Of a DNA stretch of 64,000 bases, positions 61,574-64,000 are shown piece after piece; positions within the stretch are counted from its first letter, which is position 1, and every line of letters starts with the position of its first letter. Under the pieces are notes generated by a model. It was not told where the DNA came from. It saw only the letters and a program-made list of their open reading frames with translations, and ran no database searches. This DNA comes from an uncultured Gemmatimonadaceae bacterium (GTDB lineage Bacteria; Gemmatimonadota; Gemmatimonadetes; Gemmatimonadales; Gemmatimonadaceae), in NCBI GenBank assembly GCA_963843845.1, contig CAWJMB010000002.1, forward strand, positions 2,048,001-2,112,000, given 5' to 3'. The position numbers and the translations under genes were made by a program.

Positions 61574-62182
61574 ATGCCGCTCACCAAGCGCCAGCGCGAG
61601 ATCCTGACGTACCTCGGCAGCTACTCCGACTCGAACGGCTACGCGCCGAGCTTCGAGGAGATCGCCGACACGTTCAACTATAACTCGCTCGCGACGGTTC
61701 ACGAGCACCTGACCAATCTCGAGCGCAAAGGCTACATCAAGCGCAGCTACAACGAGAGCCGGGCGATCGAGATCCTGCCGTCGGATCACTACGCCCGCGC
61801 CGTCGAGCTGCCCCTCCTCGGCACCGTCGCCGCCGGCGTGCCGATCGAGGCGGTCGCATCGGGCGAGACGATCACGGTCCCCGAGTCGTTCCTGCGGAAG
61901 TCGGGCGAGCACTACGTCCTGCGGGTGCGCGGCAACTCGATGATCGACGCGCAGATCAGCGACGGCGACTTCGTGATCGTGAACGAGCGACGCAATGCCG
62001 ACAACGGCGAGATGGTGATCGCGATGACGAACGGCACCTCGGCGACCGTCAAGAAGTTCTACCGCGAGAAGGACGGACGGATTCGTCTCCAGCCGGCGAA
62101 CGAGACGATGGAGCCGATCTACGTCAGCGAGAACGACATCTCCATCCAGGGCGTCGTCGTCGGCGTGCTGCGGCGCTACTGA
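61574..62182 (+). CDS. lexA: SOS transcriptional repressor LexA
   Basis: LTKRQREIL, PSFEEI, VAAGVP (Ala-Gly cleavage site), GNSM (catalytic Ser), TVKK (catalytic Lys). Confidence 0.96.
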   Translation: MPLTKRQREILTYLGSYSDSNGYAPSFEEIADTFNYNSLATVHEHLTNLERKGYIKRSYNESRAIEILPSDHYARAVELPLLGTVAAGVPIEAVASGETITVPESFLRKSGEHYVLRVRGNSMIDAQISDGDFVIVNERRNADNGEMVIAMTNGTSATVKKFYREKDGRIRLQPANETMEPIYVSENDISIQGVVVGVLRRY

Positions 62183-63223
62183 TAGCATCGCTCGCAGGCC
62201 GTTCAGCGCTCGGAGTCCGTCGCCGCGGTCGAGCGCGTGGAGCGCGGCATCGACCCCGGCGTCGTAGCTGTCGACGACACCGGCGATGTACAGCGCCGCG
62301 GCGACGTTCAGCGCGACGGCGGCGCGAGCGCCGCGCGCCCCGCCACCGCTGACGACCTGCGTGATCACCGCCGCGTTCTCCTCGGGGCTGCCGCCCGCGA
62401 GCTCGCGCGCGTCGATCCCGGCGAGTCCGTATCGCGACGGGTCGATCGTCCACGACGCATCGACGACGCGGCCGTGGCGCACTTCGACGACGTGCGGTCA
62501 CGCCTGAACGGCGAGATCTCGTCCAGCCCCGGCTCGCCGTGGACGACGAGCGCGTGCGAGCTGCCGAGCGCCGCGAGCGCCCCGGCGATGAGTCGGCACG
62601 CGCGCCGGATCGGCGACGCCGACCACCTGGCGCCCGGCGGACGCAGGGTTCGCGAGCGGCCCGACGACGTTCATCACCGTCGGGATGCCGAGCTCTCGGC
62701 GCACCGGGCCGACATGCCGCATCGCGGGGTGCATCGCGGGCGCGATACATGAACACGATGGCCGACCTCGGCGAGCGAGCGTTGCAGCACGGCGATCGGC
62801 TGCTCGATCGGCACGCCCAACGCTTCGAGCACGTCGGCGCTTCCCGATCGCGACGTGAACGAGCGATTGCCGTGCTTCGCGACGCGCGCACCGGCGCCCG
62901 CGGCGACGAGAGCGGCGGCCGTCGAGATGTTGAACGTCGGCACGGCGCCGCCGCCCGTGCCGCACGTGTCGACGAGTCGATCCGGGTCGTCCGACGGAAG
63001 CGGGACCATCGCCGCGCGCAGCGACCGCGCGACGGCGGCGATGACGTCGGCGCTCTCCCCGCGCACGCGCAACCCCACGAGCAGGGCGGCTGATCTGCGC
63101 CGGCGTCGCGTCGCCGCGCATCACGACGTCGAATGCCGCGGTGACCGCGGCGCCATCGAACGGCGCACCGACGGCGAGGGCGCGGATCGCCTCACGCAGC
63201 GGGCTCGCGCTGTCGGTGCTCAT
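62176..63223 (-). CDS. trpD: Anthranilate phosphoribosyltransferase (multiple frameshifts; 3' end approximate)
   Basis: [56 protein letters not shown] across frames. Confidence 0.9.
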
Positions 63224-63227
63224 CCCC

Positions 63228-64000
63228 TCAGGCGACCGCGATGACGTCGAGCAGGCGCTCGGGCAGTTGCGCGTGCGTCGCGACGAGCGCGATGACGAGC
63301 GCGAGCAGCCGCACGCGCTCGACGTCTTCTTCCGTGTAGGCCGTCGGCCCGGCGCGGTTCGTCAGGTTCACGACGCCCACCAGCTCGTCGTGATAGACGA
63401 GCGGAAAGCTGATGAAGCTCCCCGACGTGAAGTACTGATCGTGCAGCAGCGGGTGCGTGCTCGCGTCGGCGCACGTCGCGCACGAGCAGCGGCTCGCGAC
63501 TCTGCGCGACGCGTCCGGCGACTCCCTCGCCCAGCGCGACGCGCACGCCGTCCGCGATGTGCGGCGCGAGCCCGCGCGCGGCGGCGAGGTACAGCGTCGC
63601 CGGGCTCCGGCGCGCGCAGCATGAGCGAACAGCGCTGCGCCTGCATGTCGTCGCCGACCAGCGCGAGCAGCCCGTCGACGAGCTGTCGCGGCTCGTGCGC
63701 CGACCGCATCGAGTGAGAGGACCCGGTCGAGCAGGTAGCAGCGTCCGCTCGGTCTGGCGCAGCGCCTCGCTGCGACGGTGCAGATCGAGCTGCGCCTGCT
63801 CGCTCTGCGCGGTCGAGCGACGCGAGCTGCTGACTCGAGCCGGTCCGCTCGTCGCTCGGCCCGCCGAACGAGCTCGCGCTGTTGCGTCGCCGCTCGTTCG
63901 GCGGCCACGGGCGTCGCCGACTCGGCGGCGTCGCCGGGCGCGCCGCCGGACCGCGTCGTCGCCTGCGTCGTGCTCGAGCTCCGCGAGGCGTGCGCACGTA
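63228..64000 (-). CDS. GAF-domain protein, C-terminal part (5' end outside window, frameshifted)
   Basis: [22 protein letters not shown]....[15 protein letters not shown]. Confidence 0.75.
   Translation of the reverse strand, partial: RAHASRSSSTTQATTRSGGAPGDAAESATPVAAERAATQQRELVRRAERRADRLESAARVARPRRASRRSSICTVAARRCARPSGRCYLLDRVLSLDAVGARAATARRRAARAGRRRHAGAALFAHAARAGARRRCTSPPRAGSRRTSRTACASRWARESPDASRRVASRCSCATCADASTHPLLHDQYFTSGSFISFPLVYHDELVGVVNLTNRAGPTAYTEEDVERVRLLALVIALVATHAQLPERLLDVIAVA

Noticed and set aside
61553..62482. TrpD C-terminus apparently extended about 200 aa through antisense lexA
   Set aside because: The extension is the antisense reading of lexA; an indel near the 3' end probably hides a stop around 62176.

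Overview
Very GC-rich bacterial chromosome segment, almost all on the minus strand. Gene content and order suggest Gemmatimonadota (inference, not verified). It is mostly housekeeping: sdhA/sdhC/mdh, moaADE, HU, carA, secG, gap-pgk-tpiA, yicC-gmk-rpoZ-udg-dnaB-radA-ispD, pepA, icd, tRNA-Leu(CAA), an ECF sigma triplet, rne-rplU-rpmA, recQ, a U32 protein, aspS-phoH-HDIG-ybeY-CBS genes, rlmN and trpDCFBA. I see no mobile element, CRISPR array, prophage or defence system. About a dozen genes, some essential, carry single-base frameshifts that become denser towards the right end and are most likely long-read consensus errors. Best leads: (1) lexA lies antisense inside the trp operon between trpD and trpC, with two TTCGGC-N3-TGTTCGG direct-repeat boxes placed on its own sigma70 promoter and abutting the trpC start (candidate SOS box and candidate noncontiguous operon); (2) a B12 mutase with isobutyryl-CoA-mutase residues (Phe/Gln), clustered with MeaB, an MCC/GCC-type carboxyltransferase and split AtuA genes, suggesting an uncharacterised branched-chain acyl-CoA pathway; (3) a roughly 380-nt structured rne leader; (4) a probable CTG start codon, several probable leaderless genes and a terminator just upstream of gap. 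Start codons, promoters and motifs were read by eye; no database searches were run.
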